This document shows, one piece after another, positions 52,548-60,786 of a stretch of DNA of 64,000 nt. The notes beneath the pieces were generated by a model. It was not told the origin of the DNA. It did not search any database and was given only the letters and a program-made list of their open reading frames with translations. Each line of letters starts with the position of its first letter. Within the stretch, counting starts at the first letter, position 1. Both the position numbers and the translations under genes were made by a program. The DNA is from Christensenella sp. (lineage in GTDB: Bacteria > Bacillota > Clostridia > Christensenellales > UBA3700), in assembly GCA_022784465.1 (NCBI GenBank), contig JALFUR010000011.1:27230-91229 (forward strand), in the 5' to 3' direction.

Positions 52548-53416
52548 TGGAAGAAAAAGATTTTATTGTTTTTAATGTAGATAATTATAGAACTTACGAT
52601 GAAAAAGGAACTTTAAATAAAGAAGTTCAAGAGCTTTTATTAGCCGACATTATTCCTAATCCAAACCAACCAAGAAAAAATTTTAATTCTGAATCAATTA
52701 AAGAATTAAGTAAATCAATTAAAGCAAATGGTGTAATACAGCCAATTTTAGTAGTAAAATCTAACGATAAATATGTAATAGTTGCAGGAGAAAGAAGATA
52801 TAGAGCTTCAAAACTTGTAGGTTTAACAAGAATTCCTGCTATAGTAAAAGATTTAACAAAAAAACAAATAGACGAAATAGCTTTAATTGAAAATATTCAA
52901 AGAGAAGATTTAAACCCTATAGAAGAAGCAAAAGCATATAAACGTTTATTAGATGAATATCAAATAACACAAGATCAATTGGCAAATCGTATTGGAAAAT
53001 CAAGACCAGCAATAACAAATTCGATTAGATTATTATCTTTGCCAATAGAAGTACAAGATATGTTAGAGTCTAATAGAATAAGCGAAGGACATGCGCGTGT
53101 ATTATTATCAATTCCTAGTAAAGAATATCAGATTACTTTAGCTAGAGCTGCATGTGACAAGCAAATGAGTGTAAGAACTCTAGAAACTGTTGTTCATAAT
53201 GCTTTAAATCCAAATAACAAAAAACAAATAAAGCCTGTTTTACCAATTGAGATAAAAAGGCTTGTAAATACTATGCAAAAGGTTTTTGCTACGAATGTTA
53301 AAGCAATTGGAAATGGCCAAAAAGGTCGTATTACAATTGATTATTACACTCCAGATGATATCGATAGAATAATTGAATTAATCGATATTTTAAGAAAGCA
53401 CAAAAAATTAGATTAG
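52547..53416 (+). CDS. parB: ParB/Spo0J chromosome partition protein
   Basis: PNPNQPRK, GERRYRA, ENIQREDL, KSRPAITN...SEGHAR (ParB-type, not Noc-type). Confidence 0.88.
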   Translation: MEEKDFIVFNVDNYRTYDEKGTLNKEVQELLLADIIPNPNQPRKNFNSESIKELSKSIKANGVIQPILVVKSNDKYVIVAGERRYRASKLVGLTRIPAIVKDLTKKQIDEIALIENIQREDLNPIEEAKAYKRLLDEYQITQDQLANRIGKSRPAITNSIRLLSLPIEVQDMLESNRISEGHARVLLSIPSKEYQITLARAACDKQMSVRTLETVVHNALNPNNKKQIKPVLPIEIKRLVNTMQKVFATNVKAIGNGQKGRITIDYYTPDDIDRIIELIDILRKHKKLD

Positions 53417-53970
53417 AAAAATCTTCTTTTTTCTCCACCAAAAGATTTCATTTTGCTATTAAATCTATTTAATATTTCTCTTTGAGTAGGTTGCTCTTTC
53501 TTTGGTTGAGTTGAGTTAGAAGGCTTATTTTTATTTGGCTTTATAATTACAAATCTATTTGGTTCAACGCCTTCACTTTCTGTAGTAACATATTTATCTT
53601 CTACTAATGCAGAATGGATGATTCTTCTTTCAAAAGGATTCATTGGTTCTAGCGAAATAGCCTTTCCAGATTTTGCAACTTTAAAAGCTAAATTTTTAGC
53701 AAGTTTAGTTAGAGTTTCTTCTCTTTTTGCTCTATAATTTTCACCATCAATTACAATTCTTTTAGCGTGAGAATTTTCTTTGTTTATTAATAAAAGGGTT
53801 AGATATTGAAGACTGTCTAAAACATCTCCTCTATACCCTATTAAAACAGCTGAATCAGGTCCAGACAACTCAACTCTATATTCTTCGTCAGTTTCGGTAA
53901 CTTCTATAGAGCATTGTAAATCAAGTCTAGAAATGATTCCTTCTATAAAATCTTTTATTGTATCTATCAT
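53413..53970 (-). CDS. jag: Jag/EloR RNA-binding protein (KH plus R3H)
   Basis: LIGYRGDVLDSLQ, PMNPFERRIIH. Confidence 0.93.
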   Translation of the reverse strand: MIDTIKDFIEGIISRLDLQCSIEVTETDEEYRVELSGPDSAVLIGYRGDVLDSLQYLTLLLINKENSHAKRIVIDGENYRAKREETLTKLAKNLAFKVAKSGKAISLEPMNPFERRIIHSALVEDKYVTTESEGVEPNRFVIIKPNKNKPSNSTQPKKEQPTQREILNRFNSKMKSFGGEKRRFF

Positions 53971-53972
53971 AA

Positions 53973-55163
53973 TTAACCTCTTATGTTAAATCCTTTATTC
54001 TTTTCTTCTTTTTTATCAATTTGTTTTGTAATCAAAGTAACAACTATTGTTAATAAAGTAGAAAGAATATTACTCATGAAATAATAAATAGCAAATGCGG
54101 CACTATACATTACTGCGAAAATAGCAAGCATAATAGGCATTATGTAATTCATCATTTTCATAGTTTTTTGTTGTTGTTCAACTTGTTCTTTTGTTCCCAT
54201 AGATTGTTGAGCTGGGGACAATTTTTGTGTTAATGCAGTATACAAGAAACTTGTTACCAAAGATAAAAGAGGAAGAATAAAATATCCATTCCAATTTTTA
54301 AAGTCCCAAGTTCCACTCTTAGAATATTTGTTTAAAGCAGGTTGAACCAAATTTGTATAAGATGTATGAATATTTAAATTGTCAGAATTTCCTCCAATTC
54401 CACCTGTTCCTGAAGAATCAAAAGTTTTTTTATCAGGAATAATAGAGGTTCCTGTATCTGGTTTAAATACGTTCTTAATCCATAGCCAACTTGTTTTTTC
54501 TAGTTGTTTATCGTATTCATTTTCTAATATAGATTCTAACTCTAAAAAGGCCTCAGGATCTGTTGCTTTTAATTCATCATATTCTATAAATCCCATATTT
54601 TCACCTGGGTAATGTGAGTCGCAAAAATTCTTCATTTCATCCCAATTATCGCGATTTGCCGCAATAAAATCTTTTTCCTCTTGAGATAAAGAAGAATCTA
54701 TAAGGATTTTATTTTCATAGTTATAATCTAATATATAAGAAACATATTGTTTATCTAAATCTTCAACAATTAATTCATTTTCATACGTAACTAAGGCTCT
54801 AAATCCACCAAAAACAACAAAGAAAATTACCATTGTAACAATTAATGGAAGACAAGAAGAGAAAATATTTATATGAGCTTCCTTTTGAGCTTCATATTGT
54901 TTTTGTCTTAACATGTCTGGATTGTTTTTGTATTGTTTTTCTATTTTTTCAAGTTTTGGTCTTAAAGCTTCCATTTTCTTTTGTTGTTTTCTAGACGAAA
55001 GTCTTTGCCAAACATCAAGAGGAGATAAAATTAGCTTTAGTAGAATTGTAAAAACAACAACAGTCCAACCGAAATTGCCAATGTTTTGATATAACAAGTC
55101 AAGCAATTTTGCAATAACATTTCCCAATTCGGCCGATACTAATAAATTTGTTATAATAGCCAT
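53973..55163 (-). CDS. yidC: Membrane protein insertase
   Basis: GWTVVVFTILLK, SCLP, GYFILP, YYFMSN; operon context. Confidence 0.9.
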   Translation of the reverse strand: MAIITNLLVSAELGNVIAKLLDLLYQNIGNFGWTVVVFTILLKLILSPLDVWQRLSSRKQQKKMEALRPKLEKIEKQYKNNPDMLRQKQYEAQKEAHINIFSSCLPLIVTMVIFFVVFGGFRALVTYENELIVEDLDKQYVSYILDYNYENKILIDSSLSQEEKDFIAANRDNWDEMKNFCDSHYPGENMGFIEYDELKATDPEAFLELESILENEYDKQLEKTSWLWIKNVFKPDTGTSIIPDKKTFDSSGTGGIGGNSDNLNIHTSYTNLVQPALNKYSKSGTWDFKNWNGYFILPLLSLVTSFLYTALTQKLSPAQQSMGTKEQVEQQQKTMKMMNYIMPIMLAIFAVMYSAAFAIYYFMSNILSTLLTIVVTLITKQIDKKEEKNKGFNIRG

Positions 55164-55384
55164 TTTGCATTTCCTTTAAAATTGTCTTTTACGGGATCAG
55201 ATCCACCTTTTGCCCATGGGTTACATCTAAAAATTCTTGCTATTCCCAAGAAAAGACCTTTTATTAAGCCATATTTTTCAATAGCTTGCCCCATATAGGC
55301 AGAGCAGGAAGGCGTATAAATGCACATATCTGGTAATAAAGGATTGATAAAATTTTTATAATAATCAATCAGAATCTTTTTCAT
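55151..55384 (-). CDS. yidD: Membrane protein insertion efficiency factor
   Basis: CIYTPSCSAY, RIFRCNPW..GGSDPV. Confidence 0.93.
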   Translation of the reverse strand: MKKILIDYYKNFINPLLPDMCIYTPSCSAYMGQAIEKYGLIKGLFLGIARIFRCNPWAKGGSDPVKDNFKGNAKWLL

Positions 55385-55715
55385 TTTTATACAAATTCGC
55401 CTTTGTTAATGCCCATTTCAAGTTTTTTGTTATTTCGTTAAAGTTTAAATCCACAATTCCAGGTCTAGCAATAATAATATAGTTAATATTATTTTGGACA
55501 TTTGGAATTAATAAACGAAATGATTCTCTTAATCTTCTCCTTATTTTGTTTCTAACAACAGCTTTACCAATCTTTTTACTAACAATAAAGCCGACTTTTG
55601 AAGAATATTTAGAAGGAGAATATACAAGTACAAATGTTTTAGTTGGTAAAGTTTTCCCTTTATTTAAAATGTAATTGAAAACTTTGCGGCCTTTAAGTCT
55701 GTACTTTTTTTGCAT
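55365..55715 (-). CDS. rnpA: RNase P protein
   Basis: GFIVSKKIGKAVVRNKIRRRLRE. Confidence 0.95.
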   Translation of the reverse strand: MQKKYRLKGRKVFNYILNKGKTLPTKTFVLVYSPSKYSSKVGFIVSKKIGKAVVRNKIRRRLRESFRLLIPNVQNNINYIIIARPGIVDLNFNEITKNLKWALTKANLYKNEKDSD

Positions 55716-55719
55716 ATCA

Positions 55720-55854
55720 TTAAGCAGATAAAACTTTTCTGCCCTTGTTACGACGTCTCTTTAAAACCTTTCTTCCGTTTGCAGAAGCCATTCTTTTACG
55801 AAATCCATGAACCTTACTACGAGTTCTCTTTTTTGGTTGATAAGTTCTTTTCAT
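55720..55854 (-). CDS. rpmH: 50S ribosomal protein L34 (not in ORF track)
   Basis: [44 protein letters not shown]; SD GAGG; TTGACA...TATACT promoter upstream. Confidence 0.97.
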   Translation of the reverse strand: MKRTYQPKKRTRSKVHGFRKRMASANGRKVLKRRRNKGRKVLSA

Positions 55855-55998
55855 TTTTCTTTCCTCACTTTATATATTATTAAGCGCAATAAGTATATAT
55901 TAATAATAATAAATATGTCAAGCAAAATGAAATTACATACCAAAATGAGCAAATCAAACAAGATATATACTAAACCTCACCTTGGACAAAACATACCA

Positions 55999-56014
55999 AG
56001 TTTCACGAGAAACA
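55999..56014. promoter_or_regulatory. parS-like site
   Basis: AGTTTCACGAGAAACA, 14/16 to TGTTTCACGTGAAACA. Confidence 0.6.
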
Positions 56015-56208
56015 ACAAATAATACGAAATAGAAACAAATAGGCTAAAAATGGTACATTTTAGAAACAATATGGCTTAAAATTGAATTTTCAGAACTCTA
56101 TTAATTTGATAAAAAAATTATCTTACCAACTATTTTTGCCGTATGTTTCACGCTGATTGTGAAACTATGCTAATATAGGAGCATTTTTTGTTAGGTGGAT
56201 TTTTTAGC

Positions 56209-56319
56209 ATAAAAAAAGAACAGAATTGAGAGAGACTTAAACAATTACTTCTGTTCTTTTTTTATAAAAAGGCATCTATTCTTCAATTACAATATACCAT
56301 ATAATCCATATGGTGTCAA
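56209..56319 (-). ncRNA. Candidate about 75-nt small RNA with its own promoter and terminator
   Basis: TTGACA-17-TATATT on minus (56319-56291); 17-bp perfect inverted repeat 56209-56225 / 56249-56265 ending in a U run. Confidence 0.4.
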
Positions 56320-56385
56320 TATCTTTTTTTAAAAATGTGTTGATTATTTAAAAATCTTGACTTTTTTAAGCATATTTTGTCCATA

Positions 56386-56685
56386 TTATTTTAAGATTAC
56401 ATTTTTAATAGTTTTTATAATTTTGCTTTTAACTATTTGCCGCTTGAGGCGTTTTTCAAATTTTGTTTTTGGTATAAAAGATAAAGCTGGCGCTGTTGTA
56501 ATAAATATAAGCAAGATAGGATTTTTTTTTATATCTAAATTAATATACTTAAAATATAAAATTGTTAAAAATGTTATGTATATAATGATTTGTAAAAAAA
56601 ATCTAATTTTAAAATTAATATTTATAATGTTTGTTATTCTTAATATAATCAATGCAAATATAGATAAGAAAATTATTTGTATCAT
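56386..56685 (-). CDS. Hydrophobic protein, possibly divergent YabQ
   Basis: Overlaps the yabP-like stop; TM-rich with basic tail; extremely AT-rich. Confidence 0.4.
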   Translation of the reverse strand: MIQIIFLSIFALIILRITNIININFKIRFFLQIIIYITFLTILYFKYINLDIKKNPILLIFITTAPALSFIPKTKFEKRLKRQIVKSKIIKTIKNVILK

Positions 56686-56954
56686 TTTAATAATTTGTGC
56701 ATTAAAGATTCTTTAGCGTTTGCTCCGCCAATTTTAATTTGGTTGATTACACCAGATCCAATTACTTTTTTTTCATCTGAGCATACTTTTTCTACAATTA
56801 ACTTTTCACCTGTTAATGTAATTATTGTTGAACTTTGTTTCATTACAATTTTTTTCTCGTTTGACTCAATTAGTTTTTCTATTCCACTAAACTTAAAACT
56901 TTTATTAAGAACAACATTAAACTCTACAGCTTTAATTAATTGATTTTCTTTCAT
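56682..56954 (-). CDS. yabP: YabP/YqfC-family sporulation protein
   Basis: SGIEKLIESNE..I...ITLTGEKL.V...G.I pattern and LLK C-terminus; SD AAAGGA. Confidence 0.6.
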   Translation of the reverse strand: MKENQLIKAVEFNVVLNKSFKFSGIEKLIESNEKKIVMKQSSTIITLTGEKLIVEKVCSDEKKVIGSGVINQIKIGGANAKESLMHKLLK

Positions 56955-57390
56955 ATATAAATCCTTTCTATATATTTATATTTATTGTTTTTTAAATAGT
57001 TTTATGTCATATAAAAATAAAAAAATTTTTAATATCTTGTTTATTTGTAAATTTTTTAAATCTAAATAATTTATATTCAATTTTCTATACATTTATCTAA
57101 GATTACTCTTACATATATAAGCATCAAAATTTTTAAATTAATAAATTATTTTAAATAGAGCAAAATCTTTGTTTAAAATGAGGCTCTGTATTGCTTTTTT
57201 TAAATACTTAATACTTAAATAAGTGTAAACAGGTGGCAATTTTTAATTAATTTAATAGCTCACTTTGACAATTTTTTTAAATCCTAAATCATTTATATTA
57301 AAAAAAGAGATTTTCTATTTTTAATAGTTTTACTATTAAACATTAATTTTATATTTAAAAATCCCCAATATTTTTTTTGTATCTAGAAAT

Positions 57391-57420
57391 AAAAAATCGC
57401 AAAGACAAAAGTCCTTGCGA
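57391..57420 (-). terminator. Intrinsic terminator downstream of peptide gene
   Basis: Minus strand TCGCAAGGAC-tttt-GTCTTTGCGA followed by T6. Confidence 0.8.
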
Positions 57421-57454
57421 ATTATATTTTACGTTTTTTTCTTTGGTGAAGGGA

Positions 57455-57517
57455 TTAGCAGAAGAATAGAGCAATGCTTAATCTTTCTGCGAATCTTTTA
57501 AAACTAATCTTTTTCAT
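57455..57517 (-). CDS. Unannotated 20-aa peptide MKKISFKRFAERLSIALFFC
   Basis: Strong SD AGGAG 8 nt before ATG, TATACT -10 upstream, own terminator downstream. Confidence 0.6.
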   Translation of the reverse strand: MKKISFKRFAERLSIALFFC

Positions 57518-57607
57518 ACTACTCTCTCCTTTTTTTCTGTTATTTAAGAAAACCTATTTGATTTTCTTTTCGTGTATTAGTATACTTTTAATAACAGCAA
57601 TAATCAT

Positions 57608-57641
57608 TCAAAAATTGCGAAAATTAATCTCAAAAATTGCG
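57608..57641. promoter_or_regulatory. 12-bp direct repeats, candidate AraC-family operator
   Basis: TCAAAAATTGCG at 57608-57619 and 57630-57641 (22-bp period). Confidence 0.6.
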
Positions 57642-57648
57642 GTATATT

Positions 57649-58473
57649 ATGATAGCAGAATATGAATTATATAGAGAAAGCGATGAGAGAATGTATGTGT
57701 CTATTGATAAAGATGGAGCATGTCCTAATCACTTTCATAGAAAGATAGAACTTCTATATGTAACGGATGGAGATAAGATAATAAATTGTGATGGTGTTAA
57801 ATATCATTTATATCCTGATCAAATTTTTATTGCAGATAGTTATGCTATGCATAGTTATGAGGAAAATCCTAATGGAAAACAAATTATTCTCGTTCTTCCA
57901 AATCATTTGCTTAAAGACTATTATCTTCTTTATGGAAATAAAAAGTTTTCTAAATGCATAATTCAAAATAAAGAAAAATGTAAACGTTTAAAGCATTTGT
58001 TTTTATCGCTTGTAGATAAAAAATCTAATCCGTTAATTTGCCAAGGATCTGTAGATTTATTAATGGGAAAATTAGTTGAAGAATTAAAGCTAGAAGATAG
58101 AGCAGCAAATTATAATCAGACTTTTACAGAAGAAGTTTTGGCATATATTAATGAAAATTATAAGGAAAATATTACTTTAGATTCCCTTGCAAAACATTTT
58201 GGTTATAGTAAATATTATTTTTCTAGAATGTTTAATAGCACTTTAAAAACAAATATAACTAATTATATTTCAATAGTTAGGCTGCAAGCTGTATTAAGAA
58301 GATTGCAAGTAGGAGATTGTAATGTCTCAACAGCTGCATATGAGGCCGGTTTTTCGAGCATGCAAACTTTTTATAGAGAACTAAAGAAAAATTATGATTA
58401 TAAAAAAGTAAAAGATATTATATGTTCAAAAGAAACTCAAACTGATTATAATAAATATATAGGAAATATTTAA
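57649..58473 (+). CDS. AraC-family transcriptional regulator
   Basis: Cupin HFHRKIELLYV; double HTH TLDSLAKHFGYSKYYFSRMF and AYEAGFSSMQTFYR. Confidence 0.92.
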   Translation: MIAEYELYRESDERMYVSIDKDGACPNHFHRKIELLYVTDGDKIINCDGVKYHLYPDQIFIADSYAMHSYEENPNGKQIILVLPNHLLKDYYLLYGNKKFSKCIIQNKEKCKRLKHLFLSLVDKKSNPLICQGSVDLLMGKLVEELKLEDRAANYNQTFTEEVLAYINENYKENITLDSLAKHFGYSKYYFSRMFNSTLKTNITNYISIVRLQAVLRRLQVGDCNVSTAAYEAGFSSMQTFYRELKKNYDYKKVKDIICSKETQTDYNKYIGNI

Positions 58474-58484
58474 GGGTGTTTAAA

Positions 58485-59081
58485 ATGAATGTAACAGAAA
58501 CAAAACAAAGATTTAATAGGATTTTCGATGCATATATCAAGCGTGAAGGATCTTCAGCGCTATATAATTGGCTAGAAAGTACAGACTTTTTTACTGCTCC
58601 AGCTAGCAGTAGATTCCATTGCGCATATGCTGGCGGTCTATGCGAGCACAGTTTAAATGTGTTTAATAATTTAATGTTGATATATGAAATGGAGAAAAAA
58701 GCAAATCCTGAAGCAGTAGCAAATATAAGCATGGAAAGCCTTGCTATCGTTGGATTATTGCATGATGTTTGCAAAATAGATTTTTATACAATAGATTATA
58801 GAAATGTTAAAAACAAAGACGGACAATGGGAAAAAGTTCCTTATTATGGAATAAATGAAAAACTACCTATGGGACATGGCGAAAAATCCGTTTATTTGAT
58901 TAATAAATACATTAAATTAACAGACGATGAGGCTCTTGCTATTAATTGGCACATGGGCGGATTTGATAAAAGAGTTATAGGCGGAGATAATTCAATAAGT
59001 AATGCTTTTGAAAAATCAGCACTATCAGTTTTATTACAAACAGCAGATTTTCTGGCTTCCTACATAAACGAAAAAAGATAA
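58485..59081 (+). CDS. HD-domain phosphohydrolase
   Basis: APASSRFH, GGLCEHSLNV, LLHDVCK, GHGEKS, WHMG. Confidence 0.88.
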   Translation: MNVTETKQRFNRIFDAYIKREGSSALYNWLESTDFFTAPASSRFHCAYAGGLCEHSLNVFNNLMLIYEMEKKANPEAVANISMESLAIVGLLHDVCKIDFYTIDYRNVKNKDGQWEKVPYYGINEKLPMGHGEKSVYLINKYIKLTDDEALAINWHMGGFDKRVIGGDNSISNAFEKSALSVLLQTADFLASYINEKR

Positions 59082-59127
59082 ATAATAATCCTAATTATGC
59101 AAAAAATAATTGCATATAGGGATTATT

Positions 59128-60678
59128 ATGGAAACAAAGAAAAACTCATTTGAACAAGGAGCGCTAATATTAATTGTAACTGGAATTATTTCCAAAACAA
59201 TGGGTGCTTTATATAGAATACCTTTGACAAATATATTGGGGGTAGAAGGTATTGGAATGTATCAAATAGTTTTATCTTTTTTATTGCTTGCTCTTGCTCT
59301 ATCTTCTAACTATATTCCAGCTACTATGTCTAAATGCATAGGGTTTTTATCTTCTAAGGATAATAAAGTTGCAACAAACAGAATTTTTAAAGCACAAACA
59401 GTTTTATGCCTAATATCTACCTTATTAATTTCAGCATTTTTATTAATTTTTGCTAAGCAAATAGCAAATTTTCAAGATAAAAGCGAAATATATTTATCTT
59501 ATTTTATTTTAATTCCAACAATTATTCTCTCTGGAATAAAAAGTATATATAAAGGAATATTTTTAGGGAATAGAAAAATGATTATTCCAAGTGTTTCGCA
59601 ATTACTTGAAGAAATATTTAAAGTGGCAGTAAGTTTAACATTTGCTTATTATGGAGCAAAAACAAGCACAATAGCAGCAGTAAACGGTGCTTTGATCGGC
59701 TTAATCGCAGGAGAGATTGCCGGCGTTGTGTTTTTCTTTATATATAAAAAAATTAATTTTAAAAATACAAAAACAAATAATAACTTTGTTATTATGGATT
59801 TAAAACTTCTTTCTTCTCAATCTTTTCCAATTATGATTTCAAGCATTGTATTTCCAATTGTAACTTTTATTGATTCATTGCTTATAGTAAAGCTATTGAT
59901 ACTCAATGGCAATTCTGCTCAAAGTGCAATTTCTCAATATGGCTTATTGCAAGGACCAACATATTCTTTAATACATTTGCCAATTATGATAGCAACATCA
60001 ATAGCGCTTGCAGTTGTTCCTGTTCTTAGTTCATTATTTTCAAATAAAAGCGTTAAAACAATTAAAGAAAAAAGTTCAGAATCTATAAAAATATGTCTAT
60101 TGTTAGTGATTCCTGCAGCTTTAGGCCTACTTGTATTAATAAGACCTATAATGCAAGCTTTATATCCAAAAATAGATAACAAAAGCATAGATTTATGTAT
60201 AAATATGTTTGCATTGTCTAGCATAAATATCATTTTGCTATCTCTTTATGAAATATTTAGTTCTATAATGCAGGGAATAAACTTGTCTTCCTTTGTAATG
60301 AAGACGATAATATTTTGCACCATAATTAAATTAATTTCTGAAATAATACTTGTACATTTTTGGGGAATTTTTGGTGCTATTGCTTCAAATATATTAATGT
60401 ATGTCTTGGCTGTATGTATTTGTTCAATAAAATATAGAGCACTCTTGGGATCAAATAAAGATTTAATTGGCAAAATCGCTAAGATTGTTTTTGCAAGCTT
60501 GATTATGGCAATTGCAGTATATTTTTCTACAAAAATAAGTAGTAACAATATCTTGACTATAACTATTGGAATCTTAACTGGAATAACAATATATTTGTTT
60601 TTAATAGTATTTATTAAAATATATTCTATATCTGAAATTTCAAAAACTCTTTTTAATTCTCAAAAATATAAATCATAG
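59128..60678 (+). CDS. yabM: YabM/SpoVB-like MOP-family flippase
   Basis: GALYRIPLTNILGVEGIGMY, many TM segments; upstream of yabN. Confidence 0.75.
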   Translation: METKKNSFEQGALILIVTGIISKTMGALYRIPLTNILGVEGIGMYQIVLSFLLLALALSSNYIPATMSKCIGFLSSKDNKVATNRIFKAQTVLCLISTLLISAFLLIFAKQIANFQDKSEIYLSYFILIPTIILSGIKSIYKGIFLGNRKMIIPSVSQLLEEIFKVAVSLTFAYYGAKTSTIAAVNGALIGLIAGEIAGVVFFFIYKKINFKNTKTNNNFVIMDLKLLSSQSFPIMISSIVFPIVTFIDSLLIVKLLILNGNSAQSAISQYGLLQGPTYSLIHLPIMIATSIALAVVPVLSSLFSNKSVKTIKEKSSESIKICLLLVIPAALGLLVLIRPIMQALYPKIDNKSIDLCINMFALSSINIILLSLYEIFSSIMQGINLSSFVMKTIIFCTIIKLISEIILVHFWGIFGAIASNILMYVLAVCICSIKYRALLGSNKDLIGKIAKIVFASLIMAIAVYFSTKISSNNILTITIGILTGITIYLFLIVFIKIYSISEISKTLFNSQKYKS

Positions 60679-60786
60679 GCTTTTAGAAGGCATTGCAAAT
60701 GCTTTATAATGTAAATGATTTGAATAAAAAATATGTTTATGATATATCTTATTTGATAAACATAGGCTCAATCTAAAAGGATTAAA

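Noticed and set aside
55807-56716. Plus-strand ORFs 55807-56022 and 56357-56716
   Set aside because: Low-complexity AT-rich frames overlapping rpmH promoter or the yabQ-like gene; no SD
58485-59081. HD hydrolase as possible phage or anti-defence gene
   Set aside because: Host-like composition and operonic with core yabM/yabN; no mobile context
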